A DNA stretch of 64,000 nt, taken from the NCBI GenBank assembly GCA_039586365.1, contig JBDHKN010000023.1:9499-73498 (forward strand), in the 5' to 3' direction. This DNA is from Gemmatimonadota bacterium (GTDB lineage: Bacteria > Gemmatimonadota > Gemmatimonadetes > Gemmatimonadales > GWC2-71-9). The position numbers and the translations under genes are program-made. The notes beneath the pieces are model-generated. The model was given only the letters and a program-made list of their open reading frames with translations. It ran no database searches and was not told the DNA's origin. Below, piece after piece: positions 18,942-27,988 of this stretch (positions are counted from its first letter, which is position 1; each line of letters begins with the position of its first letter).

Positions 18942-19658
18942 TTAGCGGATGCCACTCAGCATCGGCACAAAACGAACGGGCATCAGGTTGCGGGTACTTA
19001 TGGTATTGTCCAGGCTCTTGTTCACAAGTATGAGGTTCTGGATTCCGTACACACTTCCGACGGGGATGACCATGCTGCCATCCGGCTTGAGCTGTCGTAC
19101 CAGTTCGGGTGGTATGTAGCCGGCAGCCGCCGTCACGATAATGGCGTCGAATGGTGCTGACTCAGGCCATCCGTGGTGGCCATCGCCGTGGCGGGATTGG
19201 ACCGTGAATCCAAGGCGGTCGAGTCGCTCCCGTGCGCTGTCCGCCAGGACCTGGAAGATCTCTACGGTGTGAACCGCACACCCGATCTCGGCCAACACTG
19301 CAGCCTGATATCCGGACCCGGTCCCAACTTCGAGCACTTTCATCCCCGGCTTGGGCTGGAGGATCTCAGTCATGAAGGCGACGATGTAGGGCTGAGATAT
19401 GGTCTGTCCGTGGCCAATCGGAATCGGGAAGTCGCCGTATGCGCGACGGCGATTCTGCGGCGGGACAAACTCGTGGCGAGGCACTGAGCGCAGGGCGGCC
19501 AGTGTAGCGGAATCGCTGACGCCGCGGAGCTCGATCAGATCCACCATGGCTACCCGTTCGCGTTCGAACCGGGCTTGCTCAGGCGTCTGGCCATAGAGAG
19601 ATGCTGACCAGGCGAAAAGGGCCGAGGCTCGAATGACGGGACCTAGGATACCTCTCAT
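18942..19658 (-). CDS. pcm: Protein-L-isoaspartate O-methyltransferase with signal-peptide-like N-terminus
   Basis: VPRHEFVP, GQTISQPYIVA, VLEVGTGSGYQAA, APFDAIIVTAA, VRFVPM. Start is either ATG 19658 or TTG 19691. Confidence 0.92.
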   Translation of the reverse strand: MRGILGPVIRASALFAWSASLYGQTPEQARFERERVAMVDLIELRGVSDSATLAALRSVPRHEFVPPQNRRRAYGDFPIPIGHGQTISQPYIVAFMTEILQPKPGMKVLEVGTGSGYQAAVLAEIGCAVHTVEIFQVLADSARERLDRLGFTVQSRHGDGHHGWPESAPFDAIIVTAAAGYIPPELVRQLKPDGSMVIPVGSVYGIQNLILVNKSLDNTISTRNLMPVRFVPMLSGIR

Positions 19659-19786
19659 CGGCGTTCCGTCCCTGTGGGTGATCTCACTCAAGTTCTGATG
19701 CCTGATCCGGTGCCGTCAAGCCGCCGCCGGCTCGTCCAACCCCTTCCCTGTAGCTGCGCTGCTGACTTCTTCCTTCCTGCTGGCCG

Positions 19787-20065
19787 CTAGAACAACTTCG
19801 CTGCCAGAGTCGACTCCTTGTCCGTCCTAGTTCCGATCTTCATTGCCGTACTGAGCCGCACGGTGCCTTCGGCATGCAAGGTCTCGTGCACCAGCTCGAC
19901 GGCCCGGAAGATCTGGCTCATCTCTCCTTCCACATTGGTACCGTATGAGTGTAGTTGCACCTTGAGCCCTGACTGTTCCAGAAGCTGGTGGGCGCGCTTC
20001 ACCTCGTTGCGGACCGACACCCCCGCACCAATTGGTATGACCTGTACCTCGGCGATCGCTTTCAT
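19787..20065 (-). CDS. MTH1187/YqgV-family thiamine-binding protein
   Basis: AEVQVIPIG..SV..V, GLKVQLHSYGTNVEGE, R.DK motifs; start ATG 20065. Confidence 0.85.
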   Translation of the reverse strand: MKAIAEVQVIPIGAGVSVRNEVKRAHQLLEQSGLKVQLHSYGTNVEGEMSQIFRAVELVHETLHAEGTVRLSTAMKIGTRTDKESTLAAKLF

Positions 20066-20163
20066 GTTTCCATCCTGTTGCTGTGGCTCCAAGCGGAGCA
20101 ACCTTCATGGGCGACGGAGACAATGTCTCCGACTACAGTAAATTACAAGTGGATGCCAACGGC

Positions 20164-20186
20164 GACATTCACGGAGTGTGAATGTC
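20164..20186. promoter_or_regulatory. Perfect 9-5-9 inverted repeat, operator-like
   Basis: GACATTCAC-GGAGT-GTGAATGTC 23 nt upstream of the DUF1847 gene; a second palindrome CGGAGACA-A-TGTCTCCG lies at 20115-20131. Confidence 0.5.
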
Positions 20187-20209
20187 AGCCCATGCTGAGG
20201 TAAACACTC

Positions 20210-21268
20210 ATGTCGCTTGAGTGCGCCAAGTGCACCAGTTATCCCTGCCACGTGGGGCGGATTGACCTCGGTCCCTATTGCTGTCCGATGCGGCGTGATT
20301 TCCCTGCGTTTGCGGAGTTGTATGCGGACGAAGCGCACCGGCTCCCGGCAATTCAAGCAGCCCTGATCGAGGCGGAGGGCTACGGTCGCTGGACCAGATT
20401 GCGAGAAATCGCCGAGTTCGCCAACCGCATTGAGGCGAGGCCTGTCGGAGTTGCTCACTGCACCACTACCGCCAGAGAGGCGGGACTCGTAGCTGGGTAC
20501 TTGCGTGACAGCGGGCTGGAAGTCGTGATGCCCGCCCGTTCCGAGGAGTGCAATCCTCTGGCCCAAGCGGCGTTGTTGGCCGACCGAGACACGAAGCTCA
20601 ATGTCATCTGTGGGATGAGCGTCTCGCACGAGGCGATGTTCATCCGCGCTTCAACCGTTCCGGTCACTGTCTTGGTCGCACGGGACGCACGGCTCCGTCA
20701 CAACCCTGTAGCCGCACTCTACACTAGCGACAGCTACTCACAGGACCTGCTCTATGGGCAGAGGAGGCGACCGGAACGTCCGTTCTTGGGGGGGGACATC
20801 ACTGCTCTGGAGTGGGCGGGTAGAACTTTGCCAGAAACAGAGGGTGGGGAGTTCAACCGACTGCAGGAGGTCATGGAGTTTGCCAATCGCCTCGGGGCAA
20901 CACACGTAGGTGTCTCGTTCTGTGTTGGCTTCCGCGCTGAGGCCCGGGTGCTCACAAGAGTATTGGAGGCAAATGGCTTCAGGGTTTCCTCAGCATGCTG
21001 TAAGTCGGGGGCTGTACCCAAAGAGACATTGGGATTGAGTGACTCACAGAAGGTACGCCCAGGACAACCTGAGATGATGTGCAATTCCTTGGCCCAGGCG
21101 ACACTACTAAACCGTGAAGATGTGCAGCTGGCCGTGATTCTCGGTCAATGCGTGGGACACGATTCAGCGACCATCAAGCAGCTGAACGTCCCTACCGTGT
21201 GTCTGGTAGCCAAGGATCGAGTGCTAGCTCACAACACAGTAGCGGCGCTATACGAACTGGAGAGTTGA
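20210..21268 (+). CDS. DUF1847-family Cys-rich putative metal-binding protein with a duplicated domain
   Basis: Two copies of RL.E..EFA.R...G...C, CN.LAQA.LL, G..V.H, LVA+D..L.HN.VAALY. Confidence 0.8.
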   Translation: MSLECAKCTSYPCHVGRIDLGPYCCPMRRDFPAFAELYADEAHRLPAIQAALIEAEGYGRWTRLREIAEFANRIEARPVGVAHCTTTAREAGLVAGYLRDSGLEVVMPARSEECNPLAQAALLADRDTKLNVICGMSVSHEAMFIRASTVPVTVLVARDARLRHNPVAALYTSDSYSQDLLYGQRRRPERPFLGGDITALEWAGRTLPETEGGEFNRLQEVMEFANRLGATHVGVSFCVGFRAEARVLTRVLEANGFRVSSACCKSGAVPKETLGLSDSQKVRPGQPEMMCNSLAQATLLNREDVQLAVILGQCVGHDSATIKQLNVPTVCLVAKDRVLAHNTVAALYELES

Positions 21269-21289
21269 GTGGGGCCCTATGATAGGTAC

Positions 21290-21549
21290 CGCCCTCGTAT
21301 CGCGCGCCAAAGATATCGTCGAGTGTTACAGCTCGTCTGGTGATTGGTGGTTTTCACCTACGCGCGAAGAGCGCCGGTGACGTGCAGGCCGTAGTGTCGG
21401 CACTCAGGCGACATGCAGTGGTGAAGGTGGTACCGTCTCACTGTACGGGAGACCAAGCCGTCGAGACCATTCGAACGGGCTATGGGGAGGATTGTGTCCA
21501 GGCGGGGCTTGGGAGCGTGATCACGATGGCTGGAGGGCAGGACAGGTAA
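21290..21549 (+). pseudogene. C-terminal remnant of an MBL-fold metallo-hydrolase
   Basis: RLVIGGFHL...PSHCTG...GLGSVI. The N-terminal two-thirds is absent and upstream VSRAKDI is in another frame. Confidence 0.7.
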
Positions 21550-21695
21550 CTTGTTTTGGCGTAAATAGTTGAGTCGTTCTATTCGGGCCTGATCGCCCAG
21601 TACGTTCGCCCAGCCCATTCGAGGCACCCACCTGCCGATGGGTCGACTAGTGAGTAAGTTGCGCGTTCCAGCATCGCCGGGATGTTAGGTGCAGA

Positions 21696-23636
21696 ATGAC
21701 GACTCCAACCCGTAGCGAGATGGTCTCAAGAACACGTAGAACCGCCGTTCTGGTAGGGAATCCCAATGTCGGTAAGAGTGTGCTGTTCAAGAACCTCACC
21801 GACCGATACGTCACCGTCTCCAACTACCCTGGCACTACGGTAGAGATCGTCCAAGCGAAGGCCAGTTTCAACGGTCACGAAGTCACCGTCATCGACACTC
21901 CCGGCATCAATGATCTCGCTGCGCGCAGCGAAGATGCTCGTGTCACTCACGACGTACTAATGCAACAAGATGCCACACTCGTTCAGGTAGCCGACGCCAA
22001 GAACCTGCGGAGAGCCTTGTTGCTGACGTTACAGCTCGCCGAGCTGAAGCGTCCGACGGTGCTGGTCCTCAACATGTTCGATGAGCTGCAGGAGCGTGGC
22101 GGCAAGATCGACACTGAGAAGTTGGCCGAGATTCTCGGTGTACCGGTTGTGACAACTGTGGCTCCGCGGAATGAAGGTACCGACGAGCTGATAGCCAAGT
22201 TGGCGGAAGCACGCCCGCCACACGAGTCGTGGCTGGCTGCGGAGCCGGTAGATGAGTACCGTGGCAACCGGGCCCGGTTAGCGCAGGTGAATGACATCCT
22301 CGCTGAGACGTATACCATGAGCCAGCCGAGCAGACCTTCGCTGCGGGTCCGGCTCGGGTTCTGGGCGATGCATCCGGTGAAAGGACTGGGTTTCCTGGCG
22401 TTTGCGGTGCTGGTGGTGTTCTGGGTGGTGGGATTGTTCGGAGCGGGTACCATGGTGGACCTATTCGATGTCGGCGTGTTCCAGCATCGCGTGGCTCCGG
22501 CAGCCATTCGTGTCGTAGACGCGATTCTTCCCTTTCCTCATGTCCACGACATTGAGACAATTCCTCTCTCTGTCGGTTTGCCGCTGAGTCCGGTGCATGA
22601 GATAGGGATTGCCACTTTAGAGAGAGACGTGATCGTGCCGGTGTACGCTGTTCCAGCGGGGGCCAACCTGAGCCCGCTACAGCAGGTGTTCCGGTTCGGC
22701 CACGACCTGTTAGTCGGCGAGTATGGCACGGTCACGATGGCGTTGAGCTACGCATTAGCCATAGTGTTACCCATTGTAACGACCTTCTTCTTCATTTTTG
22801 GGATACTGGAGGACTCCGGCTACTTCTCGCGCATGGCCATAATGGTGAATCGGGTCTTTCGTTTGATGGGACTGAATGGGAAGGCGGTGCTGCCCATGAT
22901 CCTCGGGTTGGGCTGCGACACCATGGCAACCATGACCACGCGCATTCTTGATACGCGCAAGGAACGCATCATCACCACGATGCTCCTCGCACTGGCGATT
23001 CCCTGTTCCGCCCAGTTGGGTGTGCTGTTAGCCTTGATGGCGGCTCTTTCCCCGTCCGGTGCGTTGCTCTGGATCGGTATTGTGATTGGTGTGATTCTCA
23101 TGGTTGGGTGGCTTACCTCACGACTGTTCCCGGGTGAGACGAGCGAGTTCATCCTGGAGATTCCTCCCATTCGCGTTCCCCGCTTCAGGAACGTGATGGC
23201 TAAGACGCTGGGCCGTCTGAGTTGGTACCTCAAGGAAGTGATACCGATCTTTGTCGTGGGAACGGCGGTTTTGTTCCTGCTGAATACGGCCCACCTGTTG
23301 GAAGGGATCGCACGACTGGGCGAACCGCTGGTGACTGGATGGTTGGGGCTGCCTGGCGAGATCACGAACGCGTTTCTGGTTGGCTTCATGCGGCGCGACT
23401 TCGGGGCCGTCTACATCCTGGATGCGGCAATCGGACCGAGTCCGCTCCTGACACCGCACCAGATCTTCGTGGCGATGGTGACCATTACCCTATTCATGCC
23501 CTGTTTCGCCAATTTCCTGATGATTGCCAAGGAGCACGGTCTGAGGGTGGCGTGGAGTATGGCCGCTTTCATTTTCCCATTTGCTTTCCTGGTTGGAGGG
23601 GCGTTAAATCACTTTGGCAGATGGCTACCTATCTGA
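21696..23636 (+). CDS. feoB: Ferrous iron transporter B
   Basis: GNPNVGKS, SNYPGTTV, DTPG, NMFD G-motifs; LEDSGY, GLGC, IPCSAQ gate motifs. Confidence 0.93.
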   Translation: MTTPTRSEMVSRTRRTAVLVGNPNVGKSVLFKNLTDRYVTVSNYPGTTVEIVQAKASFNGHEVTVIDTPGINDLAARSEDARVTHDVLMQQDATLVQVADAKNLRRALLLTLQLAELKRPTVLVLNMFDELQERGGKIDTEKLAEILGVPVVTTVAPRNEGTDELIAKLAEARPPHESWLAAEPVDEYRGNRARLAQVNDILAETYTMSQPSRPSLRVRLGFWAMHPVKGLGFLAFAVLVVFWVVGLFGAGTMVDLFDVGVFQHRVAPAAIRVVDAILPFPHVHDIETIPLSVGLPLSPVHEIGIATLERDVIVPVYAVPAGANLSPLQQVFRFGHDLLVGEYGTVTMALSYALAIVLPIVTTFFFIFGILEDSGYFSRMAIMVNRVFRLMGLNGKAVLPMILGLGCDTMATMTTRILDTRKERIITTMLLALAIPCSAQLGVLLALMAALSPSGALLWIGIVIGVILMVGWLTSRLFPGETSEFILEIPPIRVPRFRNVMAKTLGRLSWYLKEVIPIFVVGTAVLFLLNTAHLLEGIARLGEPLVTGWLGLPGEITNAFLVGFMRRDFGAVYILDAAIGPSPLLTPHQIFVAMVTITLFMPCFANFLMIAKEHGLRVAWSMAAFIFPFAFLVGGALNHFGRWLPI

Positions 23637-24094
23637 GGTGCCCGCTGTGCGGGTTTGAATTCGAGAGAGTCGACACACTGTGCGCGCATGGTTGTCCCTT
23701 GGGTGGCTCGTGCAATTTCGTGCGCTGCCCGAGTTGCCAGTACGAGTTCCCGCCTGAACTCCGCAAGATCTCGTGGCTGACCAGGCTGTTCGGCAAGACT
23801 GCGGTGGCGCAGCCGCGGCTTCCTGAGGGGATCCGTTCGCTCAAGGAGCTGAAGCGGGGTGAGCGGGCCCGCGTCGTCTGCCTGGGGAGAGACAACGGTT
23901 CGCGACACAACAACTTGGCGGTTTTCGGTCTCACGCCAGAGGCCGAGATCACATTGGTACAGCATCTCCCTTCGTGTGTGGTACAGGTAGGGGAAACTGA
24001 GTTGGCCATAGATCCAGAAATCGCGGACGATATACTGGTTGAGCCCCTTGACCGCCCGGGTGGGGAAGGGAAGGTCCCTTTGGTGTGGCCGTAG
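23621..24094 (+). CDS. feoA: FeoA protein with N-terminal Cys-rich metal-binding domain
   Basis: Start ATG 23621 overlapping the feoB end; CPLC..CAHGCPLGGSC..RCPSCQYEF, then the FeoA SH3-like domain (L.ELKRGE.ARV, FGLTP, VQVGETELAID). Confidence 0.85.
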   Translation: MATYLRCPLCGFEFERVDTLCAHGCPLGGSCNFVRCPSCQYEFPPELRKISWLTRLFGKTAVAQPRLPEGIRSLKELKRGERARVVCLGRDNGSRHNNLAVFGLTPEAEITLVQHLPSCVVQVGETELAIDPEIADDILVEPLDRPGGEGKVPLVWP

Positions 24095-24192
24095 CCCACG
24101 GCAGTTGAGTCGGGCAGAACCTAGCTGTCCCACGCTGATGCCCCACCAGGCGACTTTCCGCAGCTGACGGACATACGCATCTTGTCTGTGCC

Positions 24193-27100
24193 ATGAGCGG
24201 ATTTCGTGCTGTGCGGCATCAACACCCCGGGATGCCGACGATGTCTACCGAGACTCTCTTGCGGCTGGAAGTAGCGAGCCCTGAGCTTCTGCTTCGGCTC
24301 GCCGAGGAGCCACTCCCTCTCGGATTGCGCACTGCACCTGCTGTGCGGGGATTCCACCGTGACATCTACCTCGATGCGCCTGATGGCGAACTGCAGCGAC
24401 GCGGTGTAACCTGCCGGTTCCGGATCAGTATGGACGACACGCGGACCCTGACTGTGACTATTCGGGAAACGGTGGGAGTAGGTGCCCTGGTCGATTGGCA
24501 GAGGTTTGAGTCGGAGGTCATAGAAGTCGATCCGATCGGGGCGCTCAACGGCACCTCAGAGCCAGCGCGACGGCTGCGAGCGGTGCTGGATCCACGACGG
24601 TGCGGCGTTCGTGTCGAACTCGAAACCGAGCGCCGAACGCGCATAGCGCGCTCAGCGCTACTACCGTTCAAGACGTTCGACATCGCTTACGATAGACTGA
24701 GTGTTCGCAGTGGTAGTCTGACTAGGGGGTTTCAGGAGATCCGCATCCGTAAGCTCCGGCGAGGAGGGCCGCAACTCAATGAGCTGGGAAACCGGATCCA
24801 GGAGATCAGTGGAATCCACCCGGTGTCTGCCAGCAGGCTTGAGCGTGCGGAAGAATTGCTGAGTGCGATGGGTGAAGAACCACCTGTCGCCGTTGGTGCC
24901 ACGATTCCCGAGGTAGTGTTGGTTTCCCTGTGTGAAGGTCACGTGGCCCTGCACCTGACACGCGACTCACTTTCCTTACCGATCCGTGAGGGCACGGGAG
25001 ACATCGCGGTGAGCGAACTCGCGCAGCGGACACTGGGGCTTGGCGCTGTCGAATTCCAGTTGCTGGACACAGTCGCCGCTACACCCGAGTCTCCCGCTCT
25101 CGAAGTATGGTCAGTTGAAGGTTCTGCGGGAGACCCAGAGCGACTGCTCGAGTCGGGCATGGTCTGGGTGTCCGCCGAGGATGTCTGTTCGCTAGCTGGC
25201 TCACCAGCTCTGCGGGACCCCAAGACTCTGGGAGCGCTGTCTCTACTGGTGCGCTCGCACGGTCCAGGAGCGGAACTCTGCGGGTGGAGCGAATACGCCG
25301 CCGCAGCTGGCAAGCTCAACCCAGGCTTTTCACGGCGCCAGCTATGGACTCCACCTGGACCGGAAGACGACTCAGCTATCAAGCGTAAGGACCCAGCCCA
25401 CTGTCTCAATCAGGAGATGAGCTGGTTGCAGTTCAACCAACGGCTGATTGAGCTGGCAGAGGATGCTACGGTTCCGCTGCTCGCTCGACTTCGCTTCCTG
25501 GCGATTTTCAGCAGTAACATAGATGAGTTCTTCATGGTTAGGGTGGGGCATCTCAAGCGCGGCTTGGTTGATGGTATGACTGAGCCCGACTGGGATGGGA
25601 TGGGGATTCACGAACAGCTTGACGCGGTTGCGATTCGGCTGAGGTACTTGTTTGCCCGCCAGAAGCGGTGTCTCGACTTGCTGTGTCTACCCGAACTGAC
25701 CCAACATGGCATTCGAATAGTCCCATGGAACCGGCTCTCCGAAGAACAGCGGGCCCACCTCAAGCGCTACTTTGACGAGCAGCTCTTTCCACTGCTCACT
25801 CCACACGCCATCACGCGTGCGCCGGGACATCCGTTTCCCCATATCTCGAATCTGAGCCTGTCGCTGGCGGTGATGGTGCGGGACGCCGATTCAGGGCGAC
25901 TGCGGTTTGGAGCCATTACTCTCCCTGAGGGTGTGCGACGATTTGTCCAGCTATTCGATAGCAGCGATTTCGTGCTGCTGGAGGACGTGGTGCGGTACAA
26001 CATTGGCGCCCTGTATCCCGGGCGCCAGGTGGAAGCAGCCCACTGTTTTCGGGTGACTCGGGCTGGTGATCTCGAGATAGATGAGGAGCATGCTGACGAC
26101 TTGTTGGAGGCAATCGAAGAGGAGGTGAAGCGACGTCCTTTCGCTGGGGTGGTGCGACTCGAAATCGAACGTTCGATGCCGAGAGAACTGCGGGAGCTGC
26201 TGCAGCGTGAACTGCAATTGTTGGGTGGTGGACGCGCGACGGGACCCGGTGCAACTGGCATCTATGAGGTCGATGGGATGCTTGATCTCAGATCCCTTGA
26301 CGAGTTGAGCGAACTCGGTCCTCCCGAGCTGGACTACCCGGAGTTTGGGGGGGTACCGAGTGTGTCCCTGGAGCGCTCGATCTTCGAGGTGATCAGCGAG
26401 GGCGATGTGCTGGTGCACCATCCTTACGACAGTTTCGAGCACAGCACCCAACGGCTCTTTGAGGCGGCGGCGCGAGACCCCAACGTGGAGGACGTCAAGC
26501 TGACGCTATATCGAGCCGGCGGTAGGTCACCAATTGTGGCGGCACTCATCAAAGCTGCTGAAGCAGGCAAGCGAGTGCACGTTTTTGTCGAGCTGAAGGC
26601 CCGATTCGATGAGGAACGCAATGTGGGCTGGACGCGCCAGTTGGAAGCTGCAGGTATTCATGTGGTGTACGGGCTGGTTCATGTGAAGACCCATGCCAAG
26701 ACAGCTCTCATAGTGCGTCGGGAAGGGAAGAAGCTCACGCGCTATGTCCATGTGGGCACCGGGAATTACAACGCACAGACTGCCCGGTCCTATTCCGATC
26801 TGGGACTAATGACATGCGATCCCGAAATTGGATCTGATGTCGCCGATCTGTTCAACGAATTGCTGGGATCGTCTGAGGCTCCGCGGACGAAGTTCAAGCA
26901 ACTCCTGGTGGCGCCCGCCACCATGATGAAGCGATTCAGGGGCCTAATCGATCGTGAGATCGAACATGCGAAGGCCGGCCTAGGGGGTCACATTCGGGTC
27001 AAGTTGAATGGACTGGCTGACGCGAAGATGGTGCGGCATCTGTATCGCGCTTCTCAAGCAGGCGTGGACGTGGATCTGATCGTGCGCAGCATTTGCACCT

Positions 27101-27462
27101 TGCGCCCCGGAGTGCAAGGTCTGTCCGATCGAATTCGTGTCGTGGCTCATCTGGGACGGTTCCTGGAGCACGCCCGAATCTTCCACTTCGCCAATGGTGG
27201 CGAGGACGAGTACTACATTGGATCTGCAGACTGGCGGCCGCGCAACCTGAGGCGTCGTATCGAAGTCGTGACTCCAGTTCGTGATGAGACTGCCTGCGCC
27301 AGACTCGATCGCATCTTGGAGACCGAGTTGTCAGATCCGGGGGCTTGGGACCTACAGTCAGACGGATCCTATATTAGACGTGTGTCGCAAGCTGGTACTG
27401 AGCTTCAGAGTGCTCAAGAGGTCTTCATGCGTTGGACAAGTTCACCAAAGACGGGAGGCTAG
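24193..27462 (+). CDS. ppk1: Polyphosphate kinase 1 with about 400-aa N-terminal extension (CYTH-like plus Nudix-like)
   Basis: NQEMSWLQFNQR, DEFFMVRV, HHPYDSF, ELKARFDE, KTHAK, GTGNYN, FLEHARI, GSADWRPRNL. Start may instead be 24232 or 24241. Confidence 0.92.
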   Translation: MSGFRAVRHQHPGMPTMSTETLLRLEVASPELLLRLAEEPLPLGLRTAPAVRGFHRDIYLDAPDGELQRRGVTCRFRISMDDTRTLTVTIRETVGVGALVDWQRFESEVIEVDPIGALNGTSEPARRLRAVLDPRRCGVRVELETERRTRIARSALLPFKTFDIAYDRLSVRSGSLTRGFQEIRIRKLRRGGPQLNELGNRIQEISGIHPVSASRLERAEELLSAMGEEPPVAVGATIPEVVLVSLCEGHVALHLTRDSLSLPIREGTGDIAVSELAQRTLGLGAVEFQLLDTVAATPESPALEVWSVEGSAGDPERLLESGMVWVSAEDVCSLAGSPALRDPKTLGALSLLVRSHGPGAELCGWSEYAAAAGKLNPGFSRRQLWTPPGPEDDSAIKRKDPAHCLNQEMSWLQFNQRLIELAEDATVPLLARLRFLAIFSSNIDEFFMVRVGHLKRGLVDGMTEPDWDGMGIHEQLDAVAIRLRYLFARQKRCLDLLCLPELTQHGIRIVPWNRLSEEQRAHLKRYFDEQLFPLLTPHAITRAPGHPFPHISNLSLSLAVMVRDADSGRLRFGAITLPEGVRRFVQLFDSSDFVLLEDVVRYNIGALYPGRQVEAAHCFRVTRAGDLEIDEEHADDLLEAIEEEVKRRPFAGVVRLEIERSMPRELRELLQRELQLLGGGRATGPGATGIYEVDGMLDLRSLDELSELGPPELDYPEFGGVPSVSLERSIFEVISEGDVLVHHPYDSFEHSTQRLFEAAARDPNVEDVKLTLYRAGGRSPIVAALIKAAEAGKRVHVFVELKARFDEERNVGWTRQLEAAGIHVVYGLVHVKTHAKTALIVRREGKKLTRYVHVGTGNYNAQTARSYSDLGLMTCDPEIGSDVADLFNELLGSSEAPRTKFKQLLVAPATMMKRFRGLIDREIEHAKAGLGGHIRVKLNGLADAKMVRHLYRASQAGVDVDLIVRSICTLRPGVQGLSDRIRVVAHLGRFLEHARIFHFANGGEDEYYIGSADWRPRNLRRRIEVVTPVRDETACARLDRILETELSDPGAWDLQSDGSYIRRVSQAGTELQSAQEVFMRWTSSPKTGG

Positions 27463-27469
27463 CTTACGC

Positions 27470-27982
27470 ATGAGCGGTCCAGTCCCAACAGTGCCGGCCG
27501 TACCGCTACCAAGGTTCGCATGCTCGATAGGCCAGCGGTGCGCTCTCATCTTCAAGACTGAGTGGTCTGAAGTGCTCAGCTGGGGAGCGGCTTTGACCTT
27601 TGCTGAATACGTCGACGCATTCGAGGCACGGAAGGGCGTAGAGATATTCCGACAAGGTCAGATTGGCCATTACCTGTGCCTCTTGGTTGAAGGAAGAGTC
27701 GAAATCGTGAAACCGGACTCCTCTGGAGACCGTAAGACCCTGGCAATGATCGGTCCAGGTAAGACTTTCGGGGAGATGTCACTGATCGACGGGGAACCGC
27801 GATCCGCCTCGGCTATCGCGCTTGACGATTCCAAGGTCCTGGTGCTCACAGAAGAAAACTTCCACCGGCTCGTCTACCAGTACCCGCATCTTGGGGCAAT
27901 GGTTCTCCTGAAGCTGGCGAAACTGATGAGCCAGAGGTTGCGTCAGACCAGCGATTTGCTAGTCGACTTCTTGGGCGGTTGA
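27470..27982 (+). CDS. Stand-alone cyclic-nucleotide-binding domain protein
   Basis: Start ATG 27470 after GGAGG; IFRQG, LLVEGRVEI, FGEMSLIDGEPRSASA; no HTH follows. Confidence 0.85.
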   Translation: MSGPVPTVPAVPLPRFACSIGQRCALIFKTEWSEVLSWGAALTFAEYVDAFEARKGVEIFRQGQIGHYLCLLVEGRVEIVKPDSSGDRKTLAMIGPGKTFGEMSLIDGEPRSASAIALDDSKVLVLTEENFHRLVYQYPHLGAMVLLKLAKLMSQRLRQTSDLLVDFLGG

Positions 27983-27988
27983 CGGCGT

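Noticed and set aside
21266..21345. Selenocysteine or readthrough fusion of DUF1847 to the MBL stub
   Set aside because: Reading through the TGA stays out of frame with the GGFHL segment and hits another TGA.
21550..21695. Fur or DtxR box upstream of feoB
   Set aside because: Only a TTAGG half-site and an AT-rich patch; no convincing palindrome.
23222..23620. N-terminal part of the 290-aa track ORF
   Set aside because: It is an alternative frame inside feoB; the coherent protein begins at ATG 23621.
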